From IMG/VR virus record IMGVR_UViG_3300025723_001115, positions 1 to 50,039 of that record: DNA of 50,039 nucleotides, one strand, 5' to 3'. Below, in pieces: positions 36,752 through 46,104 of the stretch. This DNA is from a virus. Its lineage: Duplodnaviria > Caudoviricetes. The notes under the pieces were generated by a model, which saw only the letters and a list, made by a program, of their open reading frames with translations, did not search any database and had not been told where the DNA came from. A program made the position numbers and the translations under genes. Numbering within the stretch: position 1 is the first letter of the stretch; every line of letters begins with the position of its first letter.

Positions 36752-36760
36752 ATGTACAAT
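36732..36760 (+). promoter_or_regulatory. Sigma70 promoter of the tRNA unit
   Basis: TTGACG-17 bp-TACAAT, ending 8 nt before the tRNA. Confidence 0.75.
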
Positions 36761-36768
36761 AAGGTCAT

Positions 36769-36843
36769 GCGCTAGAGGCTAACTGGTATAGCAAGGATCT
36801 CTAAAGTCCGAGACAGCAGGTTCGATTCCTGTCTAGCGCACCA
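36769..36843 (+). tRNA. Amber suppressor tRNA (anticodon CUA)
   Basis: Acceptor GCGCTAG/CTAGCGC, D arm GCTA-ACTGGTA-TAGC, anticodon loop CT-CTA-AA (36801-36803), T arm GCAGG-TTCGATT-CCTGT and encoded A-CCA. Confidence 0.9.
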
Positions 36844-36854
36844 AAGGAATTAAT

Positions 36855-37103
36855 ATGGGCAGTCTAACAGATTATTTCGAACGTACAGGATACAAGAGTA
36901 AATATACAATCGGAGACAGGGTATTTGGTATTTGGAATAAAACTCCATTTATCGGTACTGTGGGCAACGATCGTTGTATCGATGGTGTAAATCCTGAAGT
37001 GGTAGTTCATTTAGACTTACCCATTAAGATTGATAAAGAAATAAAAAACTTTATAATAGTAAAACACAAAGACATCAAACAAAAACTAAAGGAGATAGTA
37101 TAA
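36855..37103 (+). CDS. Hypothetical protein
   Basis: SD AAGGA immediately after the tRNA CCA. Confidence 0.7.
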   Translation: MGSLTDYFERTGYKSKYTIGDRVFGIWNKTPFIGTVGNDRCIDGVNPEVVVHLDLPIKIDKEIKNFIIVKHKDIKQKLKEIV

Positions 37104-37678
37104 TGTCAAAACAATAGATTGAATATGCTTGTAAGAATGTAGTTTTCCATTTTAACAAAAAGCATTTAGAAGACGAGACCATTCCTATGTGGGTCTTAAA
37201 ATTTCATGGGGAAACATTGTATGTCAATCATGTGGATTGTCAGCTACCTTGGAGCACTAAGGAAACGCCTGATAATAGTCACACAAAAGGTAGCATCAAA
37301 GTCAAAGAGTGTTTGCTAACAATCAATGACGCAAACGAAGCTACAATATCAAATCTCACACTAACTGCTAAGTTTCGCTTACGCAATCAAAAACTAGGCA
37401 TTGTACGTATTATGGCACCATATGGTAGTGCTATGCACAAAGCTCTGTTGGCTAACGAATATAAACACGCACCTATCAAAACTATTCGCGGTGCTTGTTC
37501 AAGTTCGTTTATTGTCTGTGATTTGTTAAGCAAGAACGAAGTATTGCTGGCTAAAATCAAATACGATGATTGGCGGGAACTTAAACCAAACGAAGGTTAC
37601 TATCAGGATTATGATAACTTTAAGAATGACATTCCTGTAGATTATGGACATCCTAGTACACCATATGAGTATAGTTAA
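37103..37678 (+). CDS. Hypothetical phage protein with in-frame TAG at codon 5 (amber readthrough candidate, 191 aa)
   Basis: SD AAGGAG at 37089-37094 and TAATG overlap. Reads ATG TCA AAA CAA TAG ATT GAA TAT GCT TGT..., continuous with ORF 37187..37678. Confidence 0.75.
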
Positions 37679-37754
37679 TGTCAACTAAACTGCTTCTTTA
37701 GGCGTTGTATATGCATACGCCTAAGGAGGCTTATTATGCTAATGAGGACTAGAA

Positions 37755-38111
37755 ATGAAACGGATAACTGTTTTAGCCGTAATTACAGCTTTGATGATAA
37801 ACCTGGAAAATACGAGCGCGACTACACTTACACCTGCCGTTGTCCAGATCAAGCGTGTGACCAAAAACGTTCGGCCGCATGGCGAAAAACCAAAACTCAG
37901 GATGAAGTCTACTCTAGCAATATTACCGCTAAGTCCTGAAGAACTCGTAGTAGATGATGATTTAGTGTTAGCTCGTAATCGTAATAAGATTGAGCTAGTT
38001 GATGAAGAGGAAGAAGAATTAAGTGATTATGTAAAAATACGTCTAATGATAGCACGTATGAAAGCTATGAAGGCTTATTCAATGGCTTCTTTTTCAAAGA
38101 ACTCAGGGTGA
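37755..38111 (+). CDS. Hypothetical protein with hydrophobic N-terminus
   Basis: SD GAGGA and a signal-like start. Confidence 0.55.
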   Translation: MKRITVLAVITALMINLENTSATTLTPAVVQIKRVTKNVRPHGEKPKLRMKSTLAILPLSPEELVVDDDLVLARNRNKIELVDEEEEELSDYVKIRLMIARMKAMKAYSMASFSKNSG

Positions 38112-38485
38112 AGTTTACCCCAATTACGCATGATAACTGCGGCACGAGCGTTAGCTTCGTTTTCCTGTGGACTGCCAGTAGATCCAGCTTGATCGTCTTC
38201 TAGTTCTTTCTTTAAGTCTTGACTATAGTGAACTAGTTCGTGTGCTAGTGTACGGCACACATCCATAATGTGTCTGTTAACTACAGTGATAGTAATATGT
38301 TCTGCTCCAGGAGCATAACCGCCAAAGCTCTTATGTTTTACACTACGTTTGTTGTCAAATTTAAAATCAAACTTAGGCAATGATTTAAGTTCTAAATCCT
38401 TAGCGGCAAATCGAACAAACTCGTGAAGGATATCATAAGTGTCCTTTTTGTTCAACCCTTCCATTAATATTTCTGTTACTTTCAT
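38075..38485 (-). CDS. HExxH zinc-metallopeptidase-like protein
   Basis: TLAHELVH...ENEANA; start MKVTEILMEG. Confidence 0.7.
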   Translation of the reverse strand: MKVTEILMEGLNKKDTYDILHEFVRFAAKDLELKSLPKFDFKFDNKRSVKHKSFGGYAPGAEHITITVVNRHIMDVCRTLAHELVHYSQDLKKELEDDQAGSTGSPQENEANARAAVIMRNWGKLHPEFFEKEAIE

Positions 38486-39006
38486 TAGCCTATCCAAATT
38501 TGTGGTGAGTCGCCGGCCGCATCATTTGTTGATACGTAATAATCTATACTAGTTCCATTGAGTCTAAGTTTAACAGGCTTCTGTTCAAACGACTGTAGAT
38601 TATATGTATACCATGCCATTTTACTTTGAGCAGATGTTAACAAGTTAAATGATTGAGCGTCGGACTGTATACTTGTTGTTGTATATGTAGCACTGATCTT
38701 AAGACTTGGACTGCTAATCTGAGTATACACGAATCCAAGACTTGAAACACCTGTGACTTTTAAGTTAGCAGTTGTAGGCTCTGTATATACATAACCCCAA
38801 TCGCCAGCAAATCCACCGGTAATTTTCAAGCTAGCTCTAGTGTCTTCTTCAAAAGATGTTAATTCGTTATAAAGATTGTTTACATACTCTTCAACACGAA
38901 TTACTAATGAACCTGTACTTGATTGAGTATAGCTTTGTGGACCGTAGACAATATCATTGTCTGCTCCAATGTTTAATAAGCCTATTGCATCTGTACCTAG
39001 GATCAT
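38485..39006 (-). CDS. Virion/tail-associated hypothetical protein
   Basis: S/T/G-rich; lies in the tail cluster. Confidence 0.55.
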   Translation of the reverse strand: MILGTDAIGLLNIGADNDIVYGPQSYTQSSTGSLVIRVEEYVNNLYNELTSFEEDTRASLKITGGFAGDWGYVYTEPTTANLKVTGVSSLGFVYTQISSPSLKISATYTTTSIQSDAQSFNLLTSAQSKMAWYTYNLQSFEQKPVKLRLNGTSIDYYVSTNDAAGDSPQIWIG

Positions 39007-39009
39007 TGG

Positions 39010-39372
39010 TTACCCCAGGATAAAAACATTAGTAAATGTTTGTTCTATATCGCTTATGCTATTTGAATTTAATGAAACAAATATAGTAATAGACTGGTTA
39101 GTCCAGCTAACTGCTTGATCAGCATTTGAACTGCTAGTTACTTTAGTTACTGTTACAGTATTTGTGCCAGCATTATAAATGCCTTCTCCATTTTCCCAAC
39201 TAGCTCCGGAAGTTTGTGTTACACCGTAGTCAATTAAACTACCATCAGGAACATGTCCGTAGAATGTTCTATAGCCAAGGCTAGCGCCGGTAAGAGTATA
39301 TGTGCCGATTGAACTAACCGTACAACCTTCCCTTACTCTGTCAACTCTAACCTTGTTGGATACATCTGACAT
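39010..39372 (-). CDS. Tail-associated protein
   Basis: DRVRE...GTYTLTGA..GY.TF...WENGEG.Y fibre-type module. Confidence 0.6.
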   Translation of the reverse strand: MSDVSNKVRVDRVREGCTVSSIGTYTLTGASLGYRTFYGHVPDGSLIDYGVTQTSGASWENGEGIYNAGTNTVTVTKVTSSSNADQAVSWTNQSITIFVSLNSNSISDIEQTFTNVFILG

Positions 39373-39378
39373 AATTTA

Positions 39379-39783
39379 TTAAGCGTTAGCTAATTGGATA
39401 GTTAATGTTACGCGAATTTGGTCACCGTTGTTGGCAATTTGAATAGGCGCATTGGTAAATCTATTGGCAAACACTAGTGCGTTAGAACTTGTTTGTACTA
39501 CATAATAACCATAAATGTATCCAGCCGCGCCAGTAAATGTATAAGTAATCTGCGGGTATGTTGCTGTTGTAGGATCACCTTCTGAGAATGTAAAATTGCC
39601 TGGAGTTAGTGTAACACTAGTATAACCGTAACCACTAACTTCAGTGTAATTACTAGCAGTATCTAACTCAGTTGGAGTTTGGTTGTTCGAGTATAATTTT
39701 AATACAAGAGTCTGTGGTGCTACTGCGTTTACCAAATTTTGTAACGCGATTTGCTCTCCTGCTTGTGTGAATAAGACTGCCAT
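39379..39783 (-). CDS. Tail-associated structural protein
   Basis: LKLYSNN.TP, YTEVSGYGY and IYGYYV motifs. Confidence 0.6.
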   Translation of the reverse strand: MAVLFTQAGEQIALQNLVNAVAPQTLVLKLYSNNQTPTELDTASNYTEVSGYGYTSVTLTPGNFTFSEGDPTTATYPQITYTFTGAAGYIYGYYVVQTSSNALVFANRFTNAPIQIANNGDQIRVTLTIQLANA

Positions 39784-39827
39784 GTTTTTTCCTTAAAATT
39801 GAATCAAAATATTTATTATGTACATAT

Positions 39828-41318
39828 TTATGCTAGTGTATAGTTGAACTGTATACTTAATCCTACGCCAGGTTGGGATTCAGAACCCGTATGAACCACA
39901 TCGACAGTTAGATAATCGTCAATTCCCATGGTAAAACCGTTGGTATCGGTAGTTTTTACATCCGGACTGGTAATATCTATCGTATTTGTTACACTTCCGT
40001 TCATTTTGATATTAATTCTTATATAGCTATCGCTAGTTGTAGCTACCCTGGCTACGATACTAGAAATAGTTAGTGCCGCAGGAGCATACCATCTTATGGT
40101 TCCTGTTTTTAACTTTAGATTTCCGTCCTGGTATAAAAATACGGCTTTGTTAATACTATCTGTAACGGCGCTTGGAATATTGGTTAATTTGCTATAATCT
40201 AAACTAGTAATAAAACTAGGATTAGCATAACTTCCTGTAGTTACTACGCCATTTGTAGCTACAACTGTTCCTGTTAATTTGCCGCCATCTAGTGTGCTGA
40301 TCCAACTAGGATTACTATAGCTTCCTGTAGTATAAACACCGTTAGTAACTGTTCCAGCGTTTCCGCTAATACTTACTCCGTTGAGTGTTTGTGCTCCGCT
40401 GGATCTATTAAGTGATACACTTGAAGTACCAAGATAGATACTAGCATTTTTTAATAAGTAAGAATTTAATGTTGTAGATAAACTAGAGTTAGTTACATAA
40501 TTGGCTAACGTGCTAGTTAATACATACGTGCTTAACGCATCTGATAAGTTAGTGCTAGTTATATAATTAGCTAGTGTACTAGATAACCCTGTAGTAGTTA
40601 CATAATTACTTAGAGCTGTGTTTAAACTACTAGTAGTAGCATATCCACTTAAATCAGCAGGAGTAAAAGTAAAGACGCCATTGCTGAAACTTAATGCTTG
40701 TGATCCAGGACTGTTAGTATGAATACTAATCGCTGAGCTAGTAAGATATCCTAATCCGGTTACGTAGCTGTGTGTAGCAACTACACTAGTATCAATAGCA
40801 ATAGTAGTATTAGATGATCCGTTGAAACTTACACCTGTTAAACCAGTTCCAATAGTTAAAGGATTGGTTGTATAAGTTGCGCTAGGAGTAACATAATCTG
40901 TGCCGGCAACTGCCGCTCTAATTCCTACTCCGTCACCCTTTAATAATCCTGTAATAGTTGTGTTAAGACTAATAACAGCATTAGTATGAGAATTTGATAC
41001 AGTACCAGAAAAACCATTGTTAGTAGCAACACTGACATTGGTTACAGATCCGCTACCGCCTGCTCCGGAAACGGTAGTCCAGCTTAGATTTCCAGCACCA
41101 TCTGTTACTAAAACTTGTCCATATTCTCCGCCAGTAGGAAAAGGCTGAAGTGTAGCTATACTATAGCTTGATCCACCATTTTGAGTAGTCTTAAAGAATA
41201 GCTTACTATCGTAAGTATTAAGGGCAAGTTCGCCGTCTTGAAGAGCGGAAGCGGCTGGAACATTTCCAGTACTATTACTTCTTTTTAACTTGAATATATT
41301 GGCGGCTACGGTTGTCAT
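39828..41318 (-). CDS. Tail fibre-like protein
   Basis: KLKRS...DGELALNTYD.KLF anchor, GQVLVTDGAGNLSW, and L.NY.T repeats. Confidence 0.7.
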   Translation of the reverse strand: MTTVAANIFKLKRSNSTGNVPAASALQDGELALNTYDSKLFFKTTQNGGSSYSIATLQPFPTGGEYGQVLVTDGAGNLSWTTVSGAGGSGSVTNVSVATNNGFSGTVSNSHTNAVISLNTTITGLLKGDGVGIRAAVAGTDYVTPSATYTTNPLTIGTGLTGVSFNGSSNTTIAIDTSVVATHSYVTGLGYLTSSAISIHTNSPGSQALSFSNGVFTFTPADLSGYATTSSLNTALSNYVTTTGLSSTLANYITSTNLSDALSTYVLTSTLANYVTNSSLSTTLNSYLLKNASIYLGTSSVSLNRSSGAQTLNGVSISGNAGTVTNGVYTTGSYSNPSWISTLDGGKLTGTVVATNGVVTTGSYANPSFITSLDYSKLTNIPSAVTDSINKAVFLYQDGNLKLKTGTIRWYAPAALTISSIVARVATTSDSYIRINIKMNGSVTNTIDITSPDVKTTDTNGFTMGIDDYLTVDVVHTGSESQPGVGLSIQFNYTLA

Positions 41319-41378
41319 TGTTTACCCTATAAAACCGCCAAAAACGCGGCTGACTACGTATTTATTGTTTTTAAGGGA

Positions 41379-41477
41379 TTACTTTTGACTGGGAGGTTTT
41401 AAAGGATTAGCAAACCCTTTATAGTCTTTGTCTTTCCACTTTTGTGGTGCTGGAACTGGGGGTGGTAATGTTGCCAT
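41379..41477 (-). CDS. Small Pro/Lys-rich peptide (32 aa)
   Basis: MATLPPPVPAPQKWKDKDYKGFANPLKPPSQK*. Confidence 0.45.
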   Translation of the reverse strand: MATLPPPVPAPQKWKDKDYKGFANPLKPPSQK

Positions 41478-41487
41478 AATATTTTTT

Positions 41488-41955
41488 TTATCCTGGAGTA
41501 GGACTAGTATCTAGGGTACTAGTTGCTGTAAATGTCACTGGAAAATTAAATGTTCCAGCTAGTCCTGTAGCATAAGTACTGTCTGAAGGATCTAGCACAT
41601 AAAATCCTATTGTGTAAGGGCCTTCAGCACCGACATCCATAACCACTGGGGTAGTTAACGTTGTACTGCCTGTTGCCCAGTTAGCTGTCCATATATAACC
41701 CATGCTATAACCTGTGCTACTAATGGCGGTCCATAATGCTGTAGAGCTAGCAAATGCTAGCAATACAGCACTATGAGTTGGATCATTTATAGTAAAACCT
41801 GTTGGAACTTCACCACCATTAAAGGATCCCGATTCTATAGCACCATTGGTTAGCATATCGCCAGTAATAGTTAAACTGGTAGGAATATATCCGTTAAGAG
41901 TAACTCCAGCATTAATTGTTACTCCGGGTTTAATTGTAAGTCTTGGCTCTGACAT
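41488..41955 (-). CDS. Tail-associated protein with IKPGVTI tag
   Basis: Shared N-terminal motif; C-terminal GTFNFPVTF. Confidence 0.6.
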   Translation of the reverse strand: MSEPRLTIKPGVTINAGVTLNGYIPTSLTITGDMLTNGAIESGSFNGGEVPTGFTINDPTHSAVLLAFASSTALWTAISSTGYSMGYIWTANWATGSTTLTTPVVMDVGAEGPYTIGFYVLDPSDSTYATGLAGTFNFPVTFTATSTLDTSPTPG

Positions 41956-41976
41956 TGTTCTGTACCTTTTAGATAT

Positions 41977-42651
41977 TTATCGCAAATCAAACACAATAAT
42001 TTCAGTGTTTAGGGGATTTGAAATATCAATAACAGACTCCTGTTCAAACGCGAGCCCGTCACCTTCTGTTAATTCTAAGTTATTTATGGTCGCTGTTCCT
42101 GTAACAACATACAAGTAATAGTGTCTATCGGCATCTATACTATAACTGTAATCTTCTGTAAAAATACCAGCTAATAGCCTAGCATCTTGCTTAATAGGTA
42201 ACTTGGCAGTTATATCGCAGAACCGGTTGAGTTTATCTTCACGGGTAAACTGATGCCAAGCATGGCTGGGTTCTGTATCTAGCTCGTTAGGGCAGATCCA
42301 TAGCTGTAAGTAACGGTTAGGAGTATTGCTAGTATTGCCTTCTGTGTGGCTGATACCCTTGCCACAGGTCATGCGCTGAACAGCACCAGCAGGCACTTCT
42401 ACATCATTGCCTAAGCTGTCCACATGATGAGAGGATCCTTCTACAACATAGCCAAAGATTTCCATGTTCTTATGTTCATGCCAAGGTACTTGCCAAGCAT
42501 ACTGTACACGGTCATCGTTAATAGTTTGTAAATCGCTATAGTTCATATAACGAGCGTCATAATAAGCTGGAAAACTAAATGTGCGGTAACTGTTGATAAA
42601 CGGTGCTCTAGGATTACCGCGTGTGTTCGCAGGTCTTAGAGTAATCATCAA
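41977..42651 (-). CDS. Pirin family protein (YhhW-like)
   Basis: SYRTFSF..YYD, INDDRV, HEHKNMEI, HVDSLGN, MTCGKGISHTE and LQLWI motifs. Confidence 0.92.
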   Translation of the reverse strand: MMITLRPANTRGNPRAPFINSYRTFSFPAYYDARYMNYSDLQTINDDRVQYAWQVPWHEHKNMEIFGYVVEGSSHHVDSLGNDVEVPAGAVQRMTCGKGISHTEGNTSNTPNRYLQLWICPNELDTEPSHAWHQFTREDKLNRFCDITAKLPIKQDARLLAGIFTEDYSYSIDADRHYYLYVVTGTATINNLELTEGDGLAFEQESVIDISNPLNTEIIVFDLR

Positions 42652-43367
42652 CTCAAACCAAATCTTGCCTTGTTGGCATTCCAGCTGTTGGCCACACCAG
42701 TGGATCCGATGTCGCCATCATAGATCTTAACTATAGCCAACTTGCCGCCCCAGTAGTCTGTGTTGTCCCAGCGACGCATTAATCTAATACCGTAACCACT
42801 TTGCCAAGCTCTGCCACCACCGCCTGTGCTGTAGCCTACTAGTGTATTGTTTACATATAGTTTAACTGTTGATCCATCATAAGTTCCCACTATCTGATAC
42901 CATTGGCCAGCTGTTAATGGATAGGCCGCGCCAGATGCGATCCAGCCACCGCCATTAAACCATGCGGCATTTATACCGTCATCATTACCGTCAATACAGC
43001 CTAGAGTAAAGTTTATGGCACTGCTATTATAAATTTCTGTTACTATACAAGGGTCTTGACCTGTTGTAAACCCGCTGAAGTAGTGCCAAACTTCAACTGT
43101 CCATTTGGGCAGAACTGCTAGGCTAGTAGCTTCGGCGTACTGAGCGGCTGCCTGATCAAATACTAGACTACCACCGTTGGCATTGTCACGGGTAACTCCA
43201 TTGTAAAGTGTAAACACTTTGGAACTGATAGTGTCAGTCCATGTAGTATCACCTGTGGTAAATGTGCTAGCATCTAAGTGTAGGGCCAGTACAGGGCTGG
43301 GCTTTAGAACCACATTGGGTTTGATTGCTACACCTGGTTTAATTGCTATTCCTGAAACTTGTGTCAT
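42648..43367 (-). CDS. LamG/concanavalin-like domain protein
   Basis: WTVEVW and WYQIVGTYDGSTVKLYVN motifs. Confidence 0.8.
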   Translation of the reverse strand: MTQVSGIAIKPGVAIKPNVVLKPSPVLALHLDASTFTTGDTTWTDTISSKVFTLYNGVTRDNANGGSLVFDQAAAQYAEATSLAVLPKWTVEVWHYFSGFTTGQDPCIVTEIYNSSAINFTLGCIDGNDDGINAAWFNGGGWIASGAAYPLTAGQWYQIVGTYDGSTVKLYVNNTLVGYSTGGGGRAWQSGYGIRLMRRWDNTDYWGGKLAIVKIYDGDIGSTGVANSWNANKARFGLS

Positions 43368-43379
43368 TTGTTATTCCTT

Positions 43380-46103
43380 TTAGCACCAACTGTTGCCTAA
43401 ATCAGTAGTAGGCGTGTAAGGTGTAAGTGTTACTGGAAACAGGAATTTTCCTGTTAGAGCTGTTCCACTATTTGGGTTACCACCTTGCCATCCTGTGTTT
43501 GCGGGATCAATCGCAATCATTAAAAATGTTGATGGATTCCATTCAGCTCGTACTAGACATTGATAATTTGAGACGGTTGTTGTAGACAATGCTGGGCTCG
43601 CTGGATCCCAAATTACATAATTATTAGGATTAGTTACAGTAAAGTTGTTGGCGCTCGAGTCTGTTAGTAAAGTACCACTAGAGTTAGCATTTAACAACAA
43701 CTGAACTTGTCCACTAGTGATAGCTGAAATGTTAGTATCGCTTGACTGTGTAGTCGATAGTTCATTGGCAGGTGGAGTAAAGTTGCCAGTGTAGACCGGA
43801 GTGCTTGATTTGGTCACACGCAAGTTTGTAACTAGTGCGCCATCAAGTTGATAGCTACCGCCACCTTCTTGTGCTCCAATCGCAGTTACATCCTGAGAGT
43901 TGGTATAATTACCAGCTGTAGTTTGATTGCCTTGATTTACACCGTTGACATACAAAGTTATGCTGTTAGCATTAGTATCTATACACATGGCCACATGATA
44001 CCACTGACCGGTAGGTTGGTTAGTTGTGCCATTAACCGCATCTGAATAACTGTTTTGACTTATGTTAAAACTACCGTTAGCGTTCCAGTATATGCCAAAG
44101 AATCCAGGAGTATTTTGATTGTAGATCCACGCCTCTTGATTAGGAACAGTTGGGTACACCCAACATTCTACTGTGACTGCGCCTGTGTTCTGGTCAAACG
44201 CTGAATTGTTAGGCAGTGTAAGATAACCAATATTGCCGAAATTCATACTGCCAGAAGTTGGTGTATAGCTGGCAAATGTAGCTCTCCAGGCATAGGCCTG
44301 TCCTAGTGTGTATCCTAAGTTGGTATAAGTCGTTGTCAGTGCCGCTGCCATTGCGGAAGTAGGATTCTGTAAATCTATATATGGATTTACCAAGTTGTCA
44401 GTTATAGTTAGTTCGTAGCCTGCTGTGCCATTTGTACCAAACACCCGACCATGTCCCTGCATGGACCCATAGTTATATCCTACACCAAAGCTACTTTCAA
44501 GTATTGTTAAGCCAACTTTGTTGCCTCTTAAGATAGCACCTGGACGAACAGTAACACCCGGACGCATGGTTAACCCCATACTACCAAATTGACCCAGTGT
44601 TATACTTGAGCTAGAGTAGTTGTTGATCGTTGTGGCATTGGTTTCTGCCATCATTGCGCTAGCATTATGATTTATCTGTGAGCTTAAATCGATCACAGTA
44701 AATTCGGTAGGTAGTGGTGAGAATTGAGTAACTGTAGTTAGATATACAGAGGTAAGATTAATATATGTACCTGGAGGTCCACCTTGATATACCGGAGCTA
44801 GACTTCCATCAGCAGGTACTTGAAGAACAAGTACACGAGGAGCATAAGTTTGAGTAGGGTCAGCAAGATCATCAACAGTCATACAACTGTAGGCAAACCT
44901 ATCTTGATATACAGCACCGCAACGATGTCCTACCAATGGATCAGCAGATCCGTCCCACTGAGTTTCGCCGCCTGACTCGGTTCCTAAAACTACTATATTA
45001 ACAAATGTCAAATTACCAGTGGTCTTGTCAAATTTAGCTATAGCTGGGTATCCTTGAGCATCACCGTTATTGACCTGACCAGGACTGCTTTGTGCGATAC
45101 CACTGACTATAGGATTACCTGCTGAATCAAAATTAACATCATAGCCATATATAGTTCCAGGACCGGGCACTGGCGCGGCTGCTAGAGTAGAGCGCCAAAT
45201 GTTAGTGATGCTAGTAGGTCCTGCCCCCCATTTATCAAGATATGTTACGCCATTGTATCTGTCATTAACTACAGTATAAAAAGCATCTTCCGTCGTGCTC
45301 AGTGCTATGCTTTCTCCATAGCATCCAAAATTTGTACCAGTTGCGGAAATAGTATCTATTACATACTGCCATATAACTGCGCCACTAGGGTCCAGACCAA
45401 CTAGTAATGCGTGTTGAACTCCGTCTATAGTTATATTACCAATAGCATAACCATATCCGCCGTCGTCGATTACTACAGCGTTGAACACTCCATGAGCTAA
45501 GGTTGAGTCTGTGTTTAGCCCTGCGATACCTGTTGAAAATCCAGGAACACCTGACGTAAGAATATTGGGAATAGATACTATTGCTGGTATATAGTTAGAA
45601 TCGGCTGGCGGATTAGGATTAGTGTAATACCAACTAGTACTGATAAGTGCCGCACCATTATTATTAACAGTAATATCTGAAGGGCTAGTCTGGCCAATAC
45701 CTGCGTTGGCATTGTCTACGCCGCCTTGGGCTATATTCCCATTGGTGTCCATGACACCGTAGAAGCAGCCGCCATTGCCCCAGCTGTTGGCCAACCAAAG
45801 AATATGATCCGTACCACCTACATGTACAATGTCTATGGCCACATTGGTAGCACCACAGTTTTGATTACTGCTATCCCACCAAGTCTTGTGGAATAGTAAG
45901 TTACCATCTGGGCTATACTTGAGCATTAGGCTATCATCAGTATTACTACCACTTGGTGCTCCGCCACTGTTGTTTCCATAGGTAGCAGATCCTACAACAT
46001 ATAAGTTGCCCTGGCTGTCATAAAAACAGCTGGTGCCAAAAGCCGCTACACTATCTGTGTTTGCTCCGAGTCCGCCGTATTCTGCTATAAATGCTCTTGT
46101 CAT
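43380..46103 (-). CDS. Beta-propeller plus LamG domain virion protein
   Basis: DSQGNLYVVG/DSAGNPIVSG propeller repeats; TVECWVY and WYHVAM...LYVNG. Confidence 0.75.
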   Translation of the reverse strand: MTRAFIAEYGGLGANTDSVAAFGTSCFYDSQGNLYVVGSATYGNNSGGAPSGSNTDDSLMLKYSPDGNLLFHKTWWDSSNQNCGATNVAIDIVHVGGTDHILWLANSWGNGGCFYGVMDTNGNIAQGGVDNANAGIGQTSPSDITVNNNGAALISTSWYYTNPNPPADSNYIPAIVSIPNILTSGVPGFSTGIAGLNTDSTLAHGVFNAVVIDDGGYGYAIGNITIDGVQHALLVGLDPSGAVIWQYVIDTISATGTNFGCYGESIALSTTEDAFYTVVNDRYNGVTYLDKWGAGPTSITNIWRSTLAAAPVPGPGTIYGYDVNFDSAGNPIVSGIAQSSPGQVNNGDAQGYPAIAKFDKTTGNLTFVNIVVLGTESGGETQWDGSADPLVGHRCGAVYQDRFAYSCMTVDDLADPTQTYAPRVLVLQVPADGSLAPVYQGGPPGTYINLTSVYLTTVTQFSPLPTEFTVIDLSSQINHNASAMMAETNATTINNYSSSSITLGQFGSMGLTMRPGVTVRPGAILRGNKVGLTILESSFGVGYNYGSMQGHGRVFGTNGTAGYELTITDNLVNPYIDLQNPTSAMAAALTTTYTNLGYTLGQAYAWRATFASYTPTSGSMNFGNIGYLTLPNNSAFDQNTGAVTVECWVYPTVPNQEAWIYNQNTPGFFGIYWNANGSFNISQNSYSDAVNGTTNQPTGQWYHVAMCIDTNANSITLYVNGVNQGNQTTAGNYTNSQDVTAIGAQEGGGSYQLDGALVTNLRVTKSSTPVYTGNFTPPANELSTTQSSDTNISAITSGQVQLLLNANSSGTLLTDSSANNFTVTNPNNYVIWDPASPALSTTTVSNYQCLVRAEWNPSTFLMIAIDPANTGWQGGNPNSGTALTGKFLFPVTLTPYTPTTDLGNSWC

Positions 46104-46104
46104 G

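Noticed and set aside
36769-36843. tRNA-Pyl interpretation
   Set aside because: It has a standard D-loop GG, a TTCGA T-loop, a 5-bp anticodon stem and a 5-nt variable loop, and no pyl genes are in the window.
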